A stretch of DNA of 64,000 nt from Candidatus Obscuribacteraceae bacterium (GCA_044226015.1 JBGAHS010000010.1:288001-352000); one strand, 5' to 3'. Counted from the first letter of the stretch, positions 51,648-62,607 are shown. Notes: generated from the letters alone by a model not told the origin. Translations and numbers: made by a program.

Positions 51648-52793
51648 TTACTTGCTTTGACGAGCACGCAAGAATTCTGGAATGTCCAAAATTTCTGATG
51701 CGATTTTCTTGTACTCGTTTGTGCTAGCTGGCTTTGATTCTGTTGTTGGGGCAGCAGCTGCAGGAGTTGCCGGAGCTTCTTCCTTCTTCTTCGGAACTGC
51801 TTGCGGTACCACTCTGGTGCGTGTTGTGTCCTGGTTGAGCATGTCGAAGCCTGTCGCGATGACAGTTATGAGCACTTCGCCATGTACGCGCTCGTCGATG
51901 ATCGCGCCGAAGATGATATTTGCTTCTTCGGATACCGATGAGTAAACAACGTTTGCTGCTTCCTGAACTTCATGCAACGTGAGGTCTGGTCCACCGGTGA
52001 CGGTGAAGATAACACCGGAAGCACCATCGATGGTGGTTTCGAGCAAGGGGCTGTTGATAGCATTTCTTGCTGCTTCCATAGCTCTGCCTTCGCCTGTCGC
52101 TTTGCCGACGCCCATGAGAGCTGAGCCAGCAGTTTGCATGATTGCTTTAACGTCAGCGAAGTCAACGTTGATTAAGCCTGGAACTGTGATGATGTCTGAG
52201 ATTGCTTGAACACCTTGCATCAATACTTTGTCTGCTTCAACGAATGCATCTTGCATCGAGGCACGATGATCAACAACTTCGAGTAATCTCTGGTTTGGAA
52301 TCGTGATGAGTGTGTCTACTCTTTCTTTGATTTGCGAAATGCCTAAGTCAGCTTGATTGCTGCGGCGCTTTCCTTCGAACAAAAATGGTTTGGTTACTAC
52401 ACCGACTGTCAGTGCGCCCATCTCTTTGGCTACTTCAGCTACGATTGGAGCAGCACCAGTACCGGTGCCTCCACCCATACCTGCAGCGATGAATACCATG
52501 TCAGCGCCAGCGAGGGCGTTTGCGATTTCTTCGCGGCTTTCTTCAGCTGCTTTTTCGCCGATTGTAGGATTGCCGCCAGCTCCCAGACCGCGTGTGAGCT
52601 TTACGCCAATCTGAATTCTGTTTTTAGCTGAAGACAACTCCAGTGCTTGGGCGTCCGTGTTGCATGTCCAAAATTCGATACCGTTAAGACCGGCAGCAAT
52701 CATTCGATTAACTGCATTGGAACCGGCACCGCCGACACCAACGACTTTGATATTTGCTTTGGACAATGACTTGTCGTTCTTTTCGCTCGCCAC
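51648..52793 (-). CDS. ftsZ: Cell division protein FtsZ
   Basis: [24 protein letters not shown] and C-terminal [11 protein letters not shown] start with GAGG SD. Confidence 0.99.
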   Translation of the reverse strand: MASEKNDKSLSKANIKVVGVGGAGSNAVNRMIAAGLNGIEFWTCNTDAQALELSSAKNRIQIGVKLTRGLGAGGNPTIGEKAAEESREEIANALAGADMVFIAAGMGGGTGTGAAPIVAEVAKEMGALTVGVVTKPFLFEGKRRSNQADLGISQIKERVDTLITIPNQRLLEVVDHRASMQDAFVEADKVLMQGVQAISDIITVPGLINVDFADVKAIMQTAGSALMGVGKATGEGRAMEAARNAINSPLLETTIDGASGVIFTVTGGPDLTLHEVQEAANVVYSSVSEEANIIFGAIIDERVHGEVLITVIATGFDMLNQDTTRTRVVPQAVPKKKEEAPATPAAAAPTTESKPASTNEYKKIASEILDIPEFLRARQSK

Positions 52794-53198
52794 GATTTAG
52801 GACCTCATTTATATGTACAAAAGATAGTTAGAACGGCTGAGACCAGCCATAATAGCCTGAACTCGCGCGATTTCTTGAGTTCTTTACTGCATTATCGTAT
52901 AGCCACTGTGATGCATTTGCAAGACATCTTAGCTCTCCAGTTGTTAAGAATCCGCTAGGAAACTGCCCTCCCATATTCAGTTTAGACATATCGGTTGTCT
53001 CTTGGCTGCCTTCGGGCTTTGCATCAAAAATGGGCTCAAATTAGAAAATCAAAATTGTTACTAGTTCGTCATCTGTCGTTCGAATATAAGAAACTACACA
53101 TGTTATCTGACCCATAAACCGCGCTCTTTTCTGATCCAATTTCTATTCAAATAATAGGAACTGTTGGCACCATTCACAACCAAATAGGCTTCCTTACT

Positions 53199-53226
53199 AA
53201 AAGTGGAGGCTTAAGAGCCTCCACTT
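53199..53226 (-). terminator. Intrinsic terminator after the TPR gene pair
   Basis: AAGTGGAGGCT / AGCCTCCACTT perfect stem with a T-run on the minus strand. Confidence 0.75.
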
Positions 53227-53310
53227 CGATTCAATTTCATAGCCACGAAGCGTTGGTGCTCAGCCCATATGTCCATAGGAACTAGATCAGAGGGTGCGCA
53301 ATCTGAACAC

Positions 53311-54132
53311 TTAGTGTTTTGACTGCAGCTTCTTCAATGATGTTTTGAACTCAGGATTTTCTGGCTCAAGTGCAACTGCACGTTGCTCTGAGTCAATGGC
53401 TTTATCCATGTTGCTTTGTGCCGCCATAACGACAGCAAGCATGTGATATGCCATTGCATAGCGCGGGTCTATCTCAACTGCTGTTTCTAATTCCTTTTGA
53501 GCATCGGGTAGTTTTTCTTGATAGAGATATGCATAGCCCAGGTAGTAGTGCGCATCAGCGTCTTTTGGATTCAACTCCAGCGCTTTCTTTTCTTCGGTCA
53601 CCTGACCGGCGAGGTCGCCCATAAGTCCAAGAGCCGCACCTAGCTCACGATGCGCCATTGCACTTTTCTCGTCCGATTTGATTGCCTGACGGAATTCTTC
53701 GATAGCTTCCTGGTCTCTTTTCTTGCGGCAGAGCACTTGTCCTAATCGAATGTGGTATTCAGCGTTTTGAGGGTCGCGCTTTGTTGCCTCTTTGAACGCA
53801 ACGATCGCCTGGTCAACATTTTTCAGGCGCATGTAAGCTTTGCCCATGTTGAATGCAGCCTTACCGTCGCCAGGAGCCAGTTCCATAGAGGATTTATACT
53901 CTTTCACTGCGCCTTCCATGTTTCCCGACATCATGTACGCATCACCGAGTTTTGCGTGAGTTTCAGGATTGCTCGGGTTGACTCCTATAGCGGCTTGATA
54001 TCGAATGATTGTGTTCTGGATATCTTCTTTCTCTTGCGTTGAGCTATCTGCTGCAAAAGCCGTGCCTGCGCTCGTTCCCAGCAGAGCTGACGTACCCATC
54101 ATCGCAATCATCATACCTATTTGCTTTCGCAT
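53311..54132 (-). CDS. Secreted TPR protein
   Basis: AAGGAG SD, signal peptide ending AFA-A, about 6 TPRs. Confidence 0.88.
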   Translation of the reverse strand: MRKQIGMMIAMMGTSALLGTSAGTAFAADSSTQEKEDIQNTIIRYQAAIGVNPSNPETHAKLGDAYMMSGNMEGAVKEYKSSMELAPGDGKAAFNMGKAYMRLKNVDQAIVAFKEATKRDPQNAEYHIRLGQVLCRKKRDQEAIEEFRQAIKSDEKSAMAHRELGAALGLMGDLAGQVTEEKKALELNPKDADAHYYLGYAYLYQEKLPDAQKELETAVEIDPRYAMAYHMLAVVMAAQSNMDKAIDSEQRAVALEPENPEFKTSLKKLQSKH

Positions 54133-54248
54133 CGCTTTAATCGCTCCTTTGGCGCGCAAAATCGCCCAATGTTTAGCCGTGAACTAAATCAACTTCAGTT
54201 CATTCATAGCAGTTATCGTCACGTTTGACCTTAAGGGCGCTTAGTGCG

Positions 54249-55265
54249 CTACTTGAGGGCACCCTGTCCAGACAATCGGATACCGCCAGTATTCTTTTTG
54301 ATGGCTCCGCCGTCACCACCGCTTTGAAGCATTCTGGCAAGCGAACCTTTTGAATCCATATCGGCTGGGTTCAAAGCAACGGCTCGAGTATATTCTTCAA
54401 TGGCATTTCTCTTCTCTCCGCGAATTTCGTAGAGATAGCCCTGCATCAGATGCACAAAATAGCTCTTTGGGCTAAGTTTGTTCGAAAAATCAAGAAGTTT
54501 CTGAGCATTTACATAATCCTTCTTTGCCATGAAACACTTAGCTAGAGAGCAATAGGCGTTAACGTTGCTTTTATCGAGTTGAAGGGTCTTTTTGTAAGCA
54601 TCGGCTGCTTTATCGTAATCATTCTGCAGCTCGTACATCGCGCCAAGGTTGTACGACGCGGTCGCGTTTTTTGGGTCCTTCTCCAATATGTACTTGTATT
54701 GACCGATTGCCGAATCAATCTGATTCATCATCATCAAGCAGTTCGCCAAATTTCCTCGTGCGGCTAGGTCATCAGGGTTCTGTTTCAAAACCTGAAAGTA
54801 CTGACCTCCAGCTTCGTCCCAGCGCGCATCTTTCATCATCATGTCGCCCAGAAGAAATCGAGCCTGAATATTTGCGGGGTCATTTTTCAGGCATTCAAAA
54901 ATATCCATCTGAGCCTGCTCAGGCTTCCTTAATCCGACATAGCAATGTGCTAAGCCCAGGTGCGCACCAGCCGAATTCGGGTTCAATGTTGCGCATCTCT
55001 GGAAACAGATTAAAGCAAGTTCAAAATTGGCTTGCTTTAGATAGGTGTTGCCATTCTTAAAACTGGCATCGTATTCGGTTTGCTGCTCTTTTGTAAGTTT
55101 CAGCTTAGCGACAGGAGCGAGTATGTCTATTTCGTCCTCCTTTGCCTTGCCGAATGGAAGTGCCATACATTGCGCTGCAAACGAGACTGCAATCAACAAG
55201 GTTCCAGCAAGTGCCAGCGCTGATTTCCTTTTAGAGAACTGAAAAAGCGGGATGTTGTTTTGCAT
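54249..55265 (-). CDS. Secreted TPR protein
   Basis: Signal peptide and about 7 TPRs. Confidence 0.88.
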   Translation of the reverse strand: MQNNIPLFQFSKRKSALALAGTLLIAVSFAAQCMALPFGKAKEDEIDILAPVAKLKLTKEQQTEYDASFKNGNTYLKQANFELALICFQRCATLNPNSAGAHLGLAHCYVGLRKPEQAQMDIFECLKNDPANIQARFLLGDMMMKDARWDEAGGQYFQVLKQNPDDLAARGNLANCLMMMNQIDSAIGQYKYILEKDPKNATASYNLGAMYELQNDYDKAADAYKKTLQLDKSNVNAYCSLAKCFMAKKDYVNAQKLLDFSNKLSPKSYFVHLMQGYLYEIRGEKRNAIEEYTRAVALNPADMDSKGSLARMLQSGGDGGAIKKNTGGIRLSGQGALK

Positions 55266-55449
55266 AAATTTCCTGACCAGTCATGTCATGGGCTACCGAT
55301 TACGAGATGTGGCAGCAGCTTGGCAATATAGTCTACGATCTTATTGACATGAAACCATTAACTGACTTTGATATATTTCTCTTATCAGGATTTAAGAAAT
55401 TTGCTTTAATGCAATTCAGCAGACCAGATGATTAGTAAGGCACCAATTT

Positions 55450-56721
55450 TTGGACTTAAACAACCTCTCTTTTATCTTCTTTAATTACGTATTTCCGCCT
55501 GTCGCCTATGCGGTTCATGGTTGGCTAGCAACCGCAATGGCTATTGCAGCTTTGTTTCGTCCCTATGAGCCCTGGTTTTTTCCATTCACTAACTGGCAGA
55601 TTCCCTGTACCCCAGGTATTTTTCCGAAACGTCGAGCCAAGCTCGCGGCAGCGGTGGCAACAACAATTACCGAAACCCTTTTGACGAATGATGACGTTAA
55701 ACGGCAGGTAGAAAGTCTGGTAACCGAACAAAATATTTATCTTGCTGTCGATGGTTTTGTTGATGCTGTGTTGAGGGAATTTCGCGACACGGACAAGCTG
55801 CATAGGCTTGCAAAAGATATTTCTGAGTTGAGCCCAGCTTTGTTGCAGCAGTATGTAACCTCTATAGTTGATGGGCTCGAATCAGGACAGGACAAGCGTG
55901 TTGCTAGCATGCTGGAAAAACTCTTCGATCACGTTTTGTTATCGACTCGTATATCCAAAGAGCAGTCTGATGAAATTGCTGAACGCATTATGGAGAACAT
56001 AGTGAGTCCGGCTCAAATACGCGGCGTTTTGGTGAACATGCTCACACCGCAGAATATTGGTGCATTAGATGACTCAATTCAAGCTCATGCAACCCCACCG
56101 TTGAAGCTTCTTGCAAGAATTATCAATGTGAAAAATGTCTGTAATGAGACTCGCAAATTTATGGAGTCTGACCCTGACAAAGCCGCCAAAGTCATCAATG
56201 ACTTGATTCATCGCTTCGACATTAAAGGGCAAATTTCACAGAAGATAATGACCTTCGATATGCGTGCCATGCCGATGCAGAGCGTTGCTAATCTTCGAAC
56301 CAGTTTAATTAGTTTCGTGGAATCTTTTCTGGTTGAGCACAAACAAGACCTTGTTAGCGGTGTTGAGAGAATTCAGGGTGAGGCAATTGGTACAGTGCAA
56401 AATGCAATCATCAGTTTCAACCCTGGCTCTATATCTGATTTGTGGCTACAAAAGATCAAGCGCGAAATTTCCAATTTTATGTATTTCTATTTGAAACGAG
56501 AGCTAGGAGCCCTTTTAGAGCAAGCTATTCCGAAGCTGGGCACTTACGGAATGATTGCAAATAAGATTGAGCATTTCTCACCGCAAGAACTGGAAAGCCT
56601 TGTTCAGCGCATATGCAAGCAAGAACTTAAATGGCTTGAAGTGCTTGGAGGATTTATTGGTTTCTGGTTAGGCTTGGTTCAAGTCACTGTGAATATTTTT
56701 TCCTTGCAGCATCATCACTAG
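55450..56721 (+). CDS. DUF445 family membrane protein
   Basis: HGWLAT.MAI..LFRP, TPGIFPKRR and C-terminal ELKWLEVLGGFIGFWLG motifs. Confidence 0.88.
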   Translation: MDLNNLSFIFFNYVFPPVAYAVHGWLATAMAIAALFRPYEPWFFPFTNWQIPCTPGIFPKRRAKLAAAVATTITETLLTNDDVKRQVESLVTEQNIYLAVDGFVDAVLREFRDTDKLHRLAKDISELSPALLQQYVTSIVDGLESGQDKRVASMLEKLFDHVLLSTRISKEQSDEIAERIMENIVSPAQIRGVLVNMLTPQNIGALDDSIQAHATPPLKLLARIINVKNVCNETRKFMESDPDKAAKVINDLIHRFDIKGQISQKIMTFDMRAMPMQSVANLRTSLISFVESFLVEHKQDLVSGVERIQGEAIGTVQNAIISFNPGSISDLWLQKIKREISNFMYFYLKRELGALLEQAIPKLGTYGMIANKIEHFSPQELESLVQRICKQELKWLEVLGGFIGFWLGLVQVTVNIFSLQHHH

Positions 56722-57033
56722 TTTCCAGGCTTATTGAGTCGGCTCATAGACGCATAGAGTTTTTCAATCTCTTCAGGTTTGCTCAAACCTTAACAGATAG
56801 TCTTTTTATGCGTTAGCTTCGGATTAATGTGCCATAATTTTGTTGCAGACATTATTTTGGTTCTGCGTGAACAAGGCAGAGCCAGAGGCTCCTTTTTTTG
56901 CTGTTCGAATTTTGTGGTCCAGACTTCATTTCCTTCTATCTCCATTTTTCGTGCTAATTAAATCTTAGACAGACCATACACTCTCGATGGTTTCACGTTG
57001 AAATCATGGGGCTACACTTTCAGGGAAGCAACT

Positions 57034-59934
57034 ATGAAAATCGCAGGTATCGCCGTGGCTGATGATGACGAGAAGATTGCCCAAATTGAGCGCAATTTGA
57101 ATCGTAAGCAGCAGGACTTCATTGTTGTGCGAGGCGCCAGGCAGCACAATTTGAAGAACATCAATGTAAACATTCCGCGTAATAAGCTCGTCGTAATTAC
57201 AGGTGTTTCTGGTTCGGGAAAATCCTCACTTGCTTTCGATACTATTTTTGCGGAAGGTCAGCGTCGCTATGTTGAGTCGCTGTCAGCCTATGCTCGGCAG
57301 TTTTTGGGGCAATTGGATAAACCAGATGTCGATGCGATTGAAGGGTTGAGTCCTGCGATTTCAATTGACCAGAAATCAACAAGTCACAATCCACGTTCTA
57401 CTGTGGGAACAGTCACTGAAATTTACGACTACTTGCGTTTGTTGTACGCGAGAATCGGAATTCCACACTGTCCGAAATGCGCTCAAAGAATAAATCCACA
57501 GAGCATCGATCAAATCGTTGACCAGGTTATGAGTTTGCCTGAGTCGAGCAAAATTCAGGTGCTCGCTCCATTGATTGTGGGCAGAAAAGGCGAATACAGT
57601 GCTTTGTTTGCTGAACTAAAAAAAGAAGGATTTGCGCGTGTTCGAGTTGATGGTGAAGTGCATCAATTGGAAGATGACATCAAGTTGGATAAGAACAAGA
57701 AGCACACCGTTGATCTGGTGGTTGACCGACTTGTCGTGAAGGCAAACATTCGTTCGCGTCTTGCAGATAGTCTTTCTCTGGCATTGACTTGGGGAAAGTC
57801 AAATGTTCTGATAGAAGTGATGAGCGAAGGTCGAGAATTACTCTTCTCTGAAAAATTCGCTTGCGCACTATGTAATCTGAGCTTTACTGAAGTTGCTCCG
57901 CGCACATTCAGTTTCAACAGCCCTTATGGAGCCTGTGAAGACTGCCACGGATTGGGCTGTACTTTTGAAATTGACCCATCAATAGTTGTTCCTGACTCAT
58001 CCAAGAGTTTGCGAGAAGGAGCGATTTACCCCTGGTCTAAGAGTGGCAATAGTTATTACGAGCAGATTCTAGAATCTGTAGCGAAGCACTATAAATTCAG
58101 CATGGACACTCCATTTGAAAAGCTATCGAAGGCTAATAAAGAAGTACTGTTCAATGGCAGTGGCAGTGAAAACATCAAACTTGTACATGACTCTTACGAT
58201 GGTCGTGAAGTCTGGGAATATCGCAAGCCTTTTGAAGGTGTACTTGTGAATTTGAAGCGTCGCCATGGCGAGTCAAATTCTGATCGTGTTCGCTCAGAAA
58301 TCGAAAACTACATGAAGGAAATGCCTTGCGCAAGCTGTAAAGGCGCGCGTTTGAAGCCCGAAGCACTCGCCGTAAAAGTAGGTGGTGTTTCTATTGCAGA
58401 ACTCTGTAGCATGTCCATTACGAAGTCACTTGAGTTTACCCAATCTCTGCCACCAAAGTTGAGTCAGAGAGAAAAAACTATCGCGAATTTGGTGCTAAAA
58501 GAAATTGAAGCTCGTCAGAGATTTCTTGTCGATGTTGGACTGAATTATTTGACTCTTGAAAGAAAAGCTTCGACATTATCTGGCGGTGAAGCGCAGAGAA
58601 TCAGGCTTGCAACTCAAATAGGCTCGGGACTATCGGGTGTTCTGTATGTTCTCGATGAACCTTCAATTGGTCTGCATCAGCGCGATAACAACAGGCTGAT
58701 TGCCACTCTGAAACGCTTGCGAGATTTAGGCAACACTCTGATTGTTGTTGAGCATGATGAAGATACTATCGCTGAGTCAGACTGGATCATTGATATCGGT
58801 CCTGGTGCCGGAACTCATGGTGGCAACTTAGTCGTTGAAGGTGACTTAGCTACTGTTTGCGCCTCACATGAATCGATGACTGGCACCTATCTGTCAGGGC
58901 GAAAGAAGATTCCAATTCCGAAAAAACGTCGAGCTGGAAATGGTGGCAAGCTAGTAATGAAGAAAGCCACCCTAAACAACTTGAAGGGAATTGATGTCGA
59001 AATTCCTATGGGTAAGTTTGTCGCAGTTACCGGTGTAAGCGGCTCTGGCAAGAGTTCTTTGGTAAATGATTTGCTCTTCCAGTATTTGCGAAATAAGGTC
59101 TATGGAACTGTCGCACTTCCAGTCGGAATTGCAGATGTGAAAGGTTACGAGGAAATCGATAAGGTTATTGATATTGATCAATCACCTATCGGTCGAACTC
59201 CTCGTTCGAACCCTGCTACATACACGGGTCTTTTCGATATTATTCGCGAAGTGTTTTCGATGACTAATGAAGCGAAAGCGCGCGGATATCTGCCAGGACG
59301 TTTCTCCTTCAATGTGAAAGGTGGACGCTGCGAAGCTTGTCGCGGTGAAGGTATGAATGAAATCGAAATGAACTTCTTACCTTCTGTATTCGTCAACTGT
59401 GAAGTGTGCAAAGGCGCTCGCTACAATCGCGAAACTCTGGAAGTTAAGTTCAAGGGTAAATCGATTGCTGATGTTTTGGAGATGACTGTCGAAGAAGCTC
59501 AGGAGTTTTTCTCAAGCATTCCGAAAGCTCATTCCAAACTTGTGACATTGAAGGAAGTAGGGCTTGATTACGTCAAGTTGGGGCAATCAGCAACAACACT
59601 ATCTGGTGGAGAAGCGCAGCGAGTCAAGCTCGCCGAGCAGCTTTCGAAACGCTCGACCGGAAAAACCATCTACATTCTCGATGAACCAACGACCGGGCTT
59701 TCATTCGCTGATGTTGATAAGCTACTTTCAGTTTTGAACAAGCTGGTGGATAGCGGCAATACTGTTGTCATAATTGAACATAATCTTGATGTCATCAAAC
59801 AAGCCGATTGGATTGTTGATCTGGGTCCGGAAGGTGGCGACGGCGGCGGTCAAATCGTTGCTGTAGGAACGCCGGAGACGATTTGCAAGGTTCCAGCTTC
59901 CTATACGGGTCAGTTCTTGAAGAAGTTATTTTAA
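57034..59934 (+). CDS. uvrA: Excinuclease ABC subunit A
   Basis: Two GVSGSGKSS Walker A motifs, two LSGGEAQR motifs, zinc fingers. Confidence 0.99.
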   Translation: MKIAGIAVADDDEKIAQIERNLNRKQQDFIVVRGARQHNLKNINVNIPRNKLVVITGVSGSGKSSLAFDTIFAEGQRRYVESLSAYARQFLGQLDKPDVDAIEGLSPAISIDQKSTSHNPRSTVGTVTEIYDYLRLLYARIGIPHCPKCAQRINPQSIDQIVDQVMSLPESSKIQVLAPLIVGRKGEYSALFAELKKEGFARVRVDGEVHQLEDDIKLDKNKKHTVDLVVDRLVVKANIRSRLADSLSLALTWGKSNVLIEVMSEGRELLFSEKFACALCNLSFTEVAPRTFSFNSPYGACEDCHGLGCTFEIDPSIVVPDSSKSLREGAIYPWSKSGNSYYEQILESVAKHYKFSMDTPFEKLSKANKEVLFNGSGSENIKLVHDSYDGREVWEYRKPFEGVLVNLKRRHGESNSDRVRSEIENYMKEMPCASCKGARLKPEALAVKVGGVSIAELCSMSITKSLEFTQSLPPKLSQREKTIANLVLKEIEARQRFLVDVGLNYLTLERKASTLSGGEAQRIRLATQIGSGLSGVLYVLDEPSIGLHQRDNNRLIATLKRLRDLGNTLIVVEHDEDTIAESDWIIDIGPGAGTHGGNLVVEGDLATVCASHESMTGTYLSGRKKIPIPKKRRAGNGGKLVMKKATLNNLKGIDVEIPMGKFVAVTGVSGSGKSSLVNDLLFQYLRNKVYGTVALPVGIADVKGYEEIDKVIDIDQSPIGRTPRSNPATYTGLFDIIREVFSMTNEAKARGYLPGRFSFNVKGGRCEACRGEGMNEIEMNFLPSVFVNCEVCKGARYNRETLEVKFKGKSIADVLEMTVEEAQEFFSSIPKAHSKLVTLKEVGLDYVKLGQSATTLSGGEAQRVKLAEQLSKRSTGKTIYILDEPTTGLSFADVDKLLSVLNKLVDSGNTVVIIEHNLDVIKQADWIVDLGPEGGDGGGQIVAVGTPETICKVPASYTGQFLKKLF

Positions 59935-60023
59935 GCTATCAAGATAGCCTCAGGTCTGGTAAATTGGGTACAGGGCTTAGGTTTTGTGTGTCAAAACCTG
60001 CGATCAGTCACTGAGGTTTCATT

Positions 60024-60527
60024 GTGTCCGGAAAGAGCAGAGCTAAAGAGAAAGACGGAGAGCAAGCAACAAAGCAAACCTCCGTTTTTGACAGCTTGCG
60101 CAAGAAAGGTCATCGCATAACAGCTCAGAGAGAGACCATTCTGGCAATTTTTCGTGAGCAAGACCCTGGCACACATTTATCGGCCGAAGAGTTATACAGC
60201 ATTCTCAAAGAGCGGGCTTCCAATGTGAGTCTAGCTACCACCTATAGGACTTTGAAATTGCTGTCGCAGTTAGGGCTTTTGCGCGAATTAGATTTTGCGG
60301 AAGGGCACAAACATTATGAGCTAAAGGAAGATGACCAGCCGCACCAACACATAATCTGCCTGGTGTGCAATAAAACATTAGAGTTCGAAGACCATTTCCT
60401 TGAAGAGGCTGGGCAAAAAATTGGAGCCCGGTACAACTTTGAAGTCATAGATGCACAATTCAAAATTTTCGGCATGTGTCCATCATGCAGAACACAGCAG
60501 AAAGCTAAGCGGATTTCTCCAAAATGA
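60024..60527 (+). CDS. fur: Ferric uptake regulator, cyanobacterial FurA-like
   Basis: RITAQRETIL, HLSAEELY, SLATTYRTL, HQHIICLVC and CPSC motifs. Confidence 0.93.
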   Translation: MSGKSRAKEKDGEQATKQTSVFDSLRKKGHRITAQRETILAIFREQDPGTHLSAEELYSILKERASNVSLATTYRTLKLLSQLGLLRELDFAEGHKHYELKEDDQPHQHIICLVCNKTLEFEDHFLEEAGQKIGARYNFEVIDAQFKIFGMCPSCRTQQKAKRISPK

Positions 60528-60751
60528 TGTTGGCTGATGCTAAAGATGGTGACAAGCTTGTTGTCTTAGCAACACTGGACGACGAGATTAGCGTTCAGGC
60601 TTTAAGGTTTGGTATCGATAGCGGTGCCGAGATTCAGGTTGAGAAAAATATCAGGGGTGGTCCGGTAATTGTGTCACGCAACCACCTTGAGATTGCCATT
60701 GGCCGTGAAATCGCTAAGAATATAGAAGTAAGACTTCGGGATGAGGCTTGA
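60524..60751 (+). CDS. feoA: FeoA family protein
   Basis: ALRFGIDSGAEIQV, GGPVIV and IAIGREIAKNIEV motifs. ATGA overlap with fur. Confidence 0.9.
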   Translation: MMLADAKDGDKLVVLATLDDEISVQALRFGIDSGAEIQVEKNIRGGPVIVSRNHLEIAIGREIAKNIEVRLRDEA

Positions 60752-60752
60752 G

Positions 60753-61061
60753 ATGGCCTACGACAAACTGATTTGTCCAAATTGCAAATATCCCTTGACG
60801 GCTCCATCGTCATCGACTCAAGTGTCATGTCCTCGATGTGAAACATGGCTGGAGCTTGAGGCAAGATGCAATGGTGTATGCTTAAGCTGTCATGCCGTCA
60901 AAAAGGCTGAAAACACAGGCAGCTGCGCTGATCTCGGCGAACAGCCGCTGACTCGATTCGATAAATCCAATGAAGCCAATAGTTCCGGCGCAACAAATAC
61001 TAAAAATAAAGGGGCTGGTTCGGGACTAAAGGCTCTATTCAAGAAGGTTTTTCATGTATGA
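60753..61061 (+). CDS. Cys-rich small protein (zinc ribbon plus CxGxCxxC)
   Basis: CPNC...CPRC...CNGVCLSCH...C. ATG 1 nt after the feoA stop, with GAGG SD. Confidence 0.75.
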   Translation: MAYDKLICPNCKYPLTAPSSSTQVSCPRCETWLELEARCNGVCLSCHAVKKAENTGSCADLGEQPLTRFDKSNEANSSGATNTKNKGAGSGLKALFKKVFHV

Positions 61062-61158
61062 TGATTTTGGTACTTTGTATTACTACGTTTGAGAAACGTA
61101 GTGAATGAGGTACTAAATATAGGGTTATGGGGTTCGTGTTGGGTTTTCAACAAGTCCG

Positions 61159-62442
61159 ATGAATCGATGGAAGGGACCCGGATACAAAGCCGGGCAAACT
61201 ATCGCATGTAAAGTGTTGGCCGCTGAGCCAGGTGGTTATTCGGTAATTATTCCGAAGGACGGCGCTCGCGGATTTCTGCCAACAGAGGCAAAGCTCAAGA
61301 TCGGCGAGGAAGTTCTCGCTCAGTACGTTTGTGTCCATAACAATCGAATTCTTTTATCAGCCAGAATGAACGCGCAGCAAGCCTCTGGAAATTCCGCGTC
61401 AAGGTCTCAGAGCCCTGACTGGACACAGATGGCATCCAGCGGTGTTCATGCACCACCTAATCAGACCGGACAGTTCCCCGCGCAGCAATCGGGAGCTTAT
61501 CCAGCACAAACGGGTTCGTATCCAACACAGACAGATCCAGCGCAGACTGGAGGATACCCAGCCCAAACAGGGCAGTATCCCGCTCAAAACGATCCCTACG
61601 CAACTGGGCAGTACCCGCAGCAACAACCGCCGATGCAAGGTGCTCAAAGTGGTGCATACCATTCACCAACGCAGCCCTATCAAGGTCAAACCCCCACCGG
61701 AATTCCAGAGCAAGAGCGAGCTTTTCTTGTTTATGCCGAAGGCAAACCTATGAACATTCGATTGCGCCGAGCAATCGACTTGATTTTGCCACCACTAGAC
61801 AGAAATCAGCAACCCAACAAGATGCGTATAAACCAGGGTGATGATCTGCTCTGGTTAATCACGGACCTCGAAGGTGGCATGAGAACTGGCTGCGTCAAAG
61901 CGTTCTGTGAGCCAAAGAAGTCTCGCTCAGCTGTTCTGTTATACAAAGGTCGTGCTGTAGGATGCATCTACGGAAATAAGCAATTGCGTGAGCCGCTGCC
62001 TACAGAAAGTTCCTTGCAAATGATGTTGAAAGATTGCACGACGCCAGACACGCACCTGGTGATGTACGGCCTTCCTGAGGAAGTTACGCTTGCTATGTCT
62101 GCACTCTTCCTTGGCTATCCTGTTGAGCGTTCTGATGATCTCGATGCAAAATCCTATATGGATTACATCATGAGCTGGTTTACTCAGAAAGAACAGACTG
62201 CATGTCTGGCATTCTCTCTGCCTTCCTCTGGGGCGACTCTTCTTGCATTCATTTACAAGGGAAGTTTTGTTGGCTCCTTCTATGTGGAAACGCAAGAGTA
62301 TTCGCGAGAAATCAACTTTGTGTATAACCTCATTCAATCTGACCCACAGTCTCGCTGTGAGGCTTCTATTTTGCCTCCTGAACTTACTTCAGCCTCGGTT
62401 CGTCTGGGCTTTAGTCTGAGCATGAACATGCCAAAAATGTAG
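61159..62442 (+). CDS. Hypothetical protein: S1-like N-terminus, Q/P/G/Y repeat region, two PATAN/DUF4388-like units
   Basis: YKAGQTIACKV...GGYSV...GFLP...LKIGEEV S1 pattern; repeats at 61462-61626; two TGC/TAC...YKG..VG units. Confidence 0.7.
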   Translation: MNRWKGPGYKAGQTIACKVLAAEPGGYSVIIPKDGARGFLPTEAKLKIGEEVLAQYVCVHNNRILLSARMNAQQASGNSASRSQSPDWTQMASSGVHAPPNQTGQFPAQQSGAYPAQTGSYPTQTDPAQTGGYPAQTGQYPAQNDPYATGQYPQQQPPMQGAQSGAYHSPTQPYQGQTPTGIPEQERAFLVYAEGKPMNIRLRRAIDLILPPLDRNQQPNKMRINQGDDLLWLITDLEGGMRTGCVKAFCEPKKSRSAVLLYKGRAVGCIYGNKQLREPLPTESSLQMMLKDCTTPDTHLVMYGLPEEVTLAMSALFLGYPVERSDDLDAKSYMDYIMSWFTQKEQTACLAFSLPSSGATLLAFIYKGSFVGSFYVETQEYSREINFVYNLIQSDPQSRCEASILPPELTSASVRLGFSLSMNMPKM

Positions 62443-62487
62443 TTAGCTGAATCTGTGCTTGTTGCTCAACGGTTGATTCACTATCGG

Positions 62488-62539
62488 TGCATCACTCGCT
62501 TGCATCACTCGCTTGCATCACTCGGTGCAGCACCTCGCT
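62488..62539. repeat. Four tandem copies of about 13 bp
   Basis: tgcatcactcgct twice, then tgcatcactcgg and tgcagcacctcgct. Confidence 0.85.
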
Positions 62540-62607
62540 TTGTTCAGCATTCATGGATCACCTGAGTTGTTTTACTATCGACAGTTCGTTCTAACTTTGA
62601 GCTTCTG

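Noticed and set aside
56722..57033. LexA/SOS box before uvrA (and GTACTATTTGTTT before udg)
   Set aside because: No match to the cyanobacterial or Gram-positive consensus; the udg candidate has the wrong spacing.
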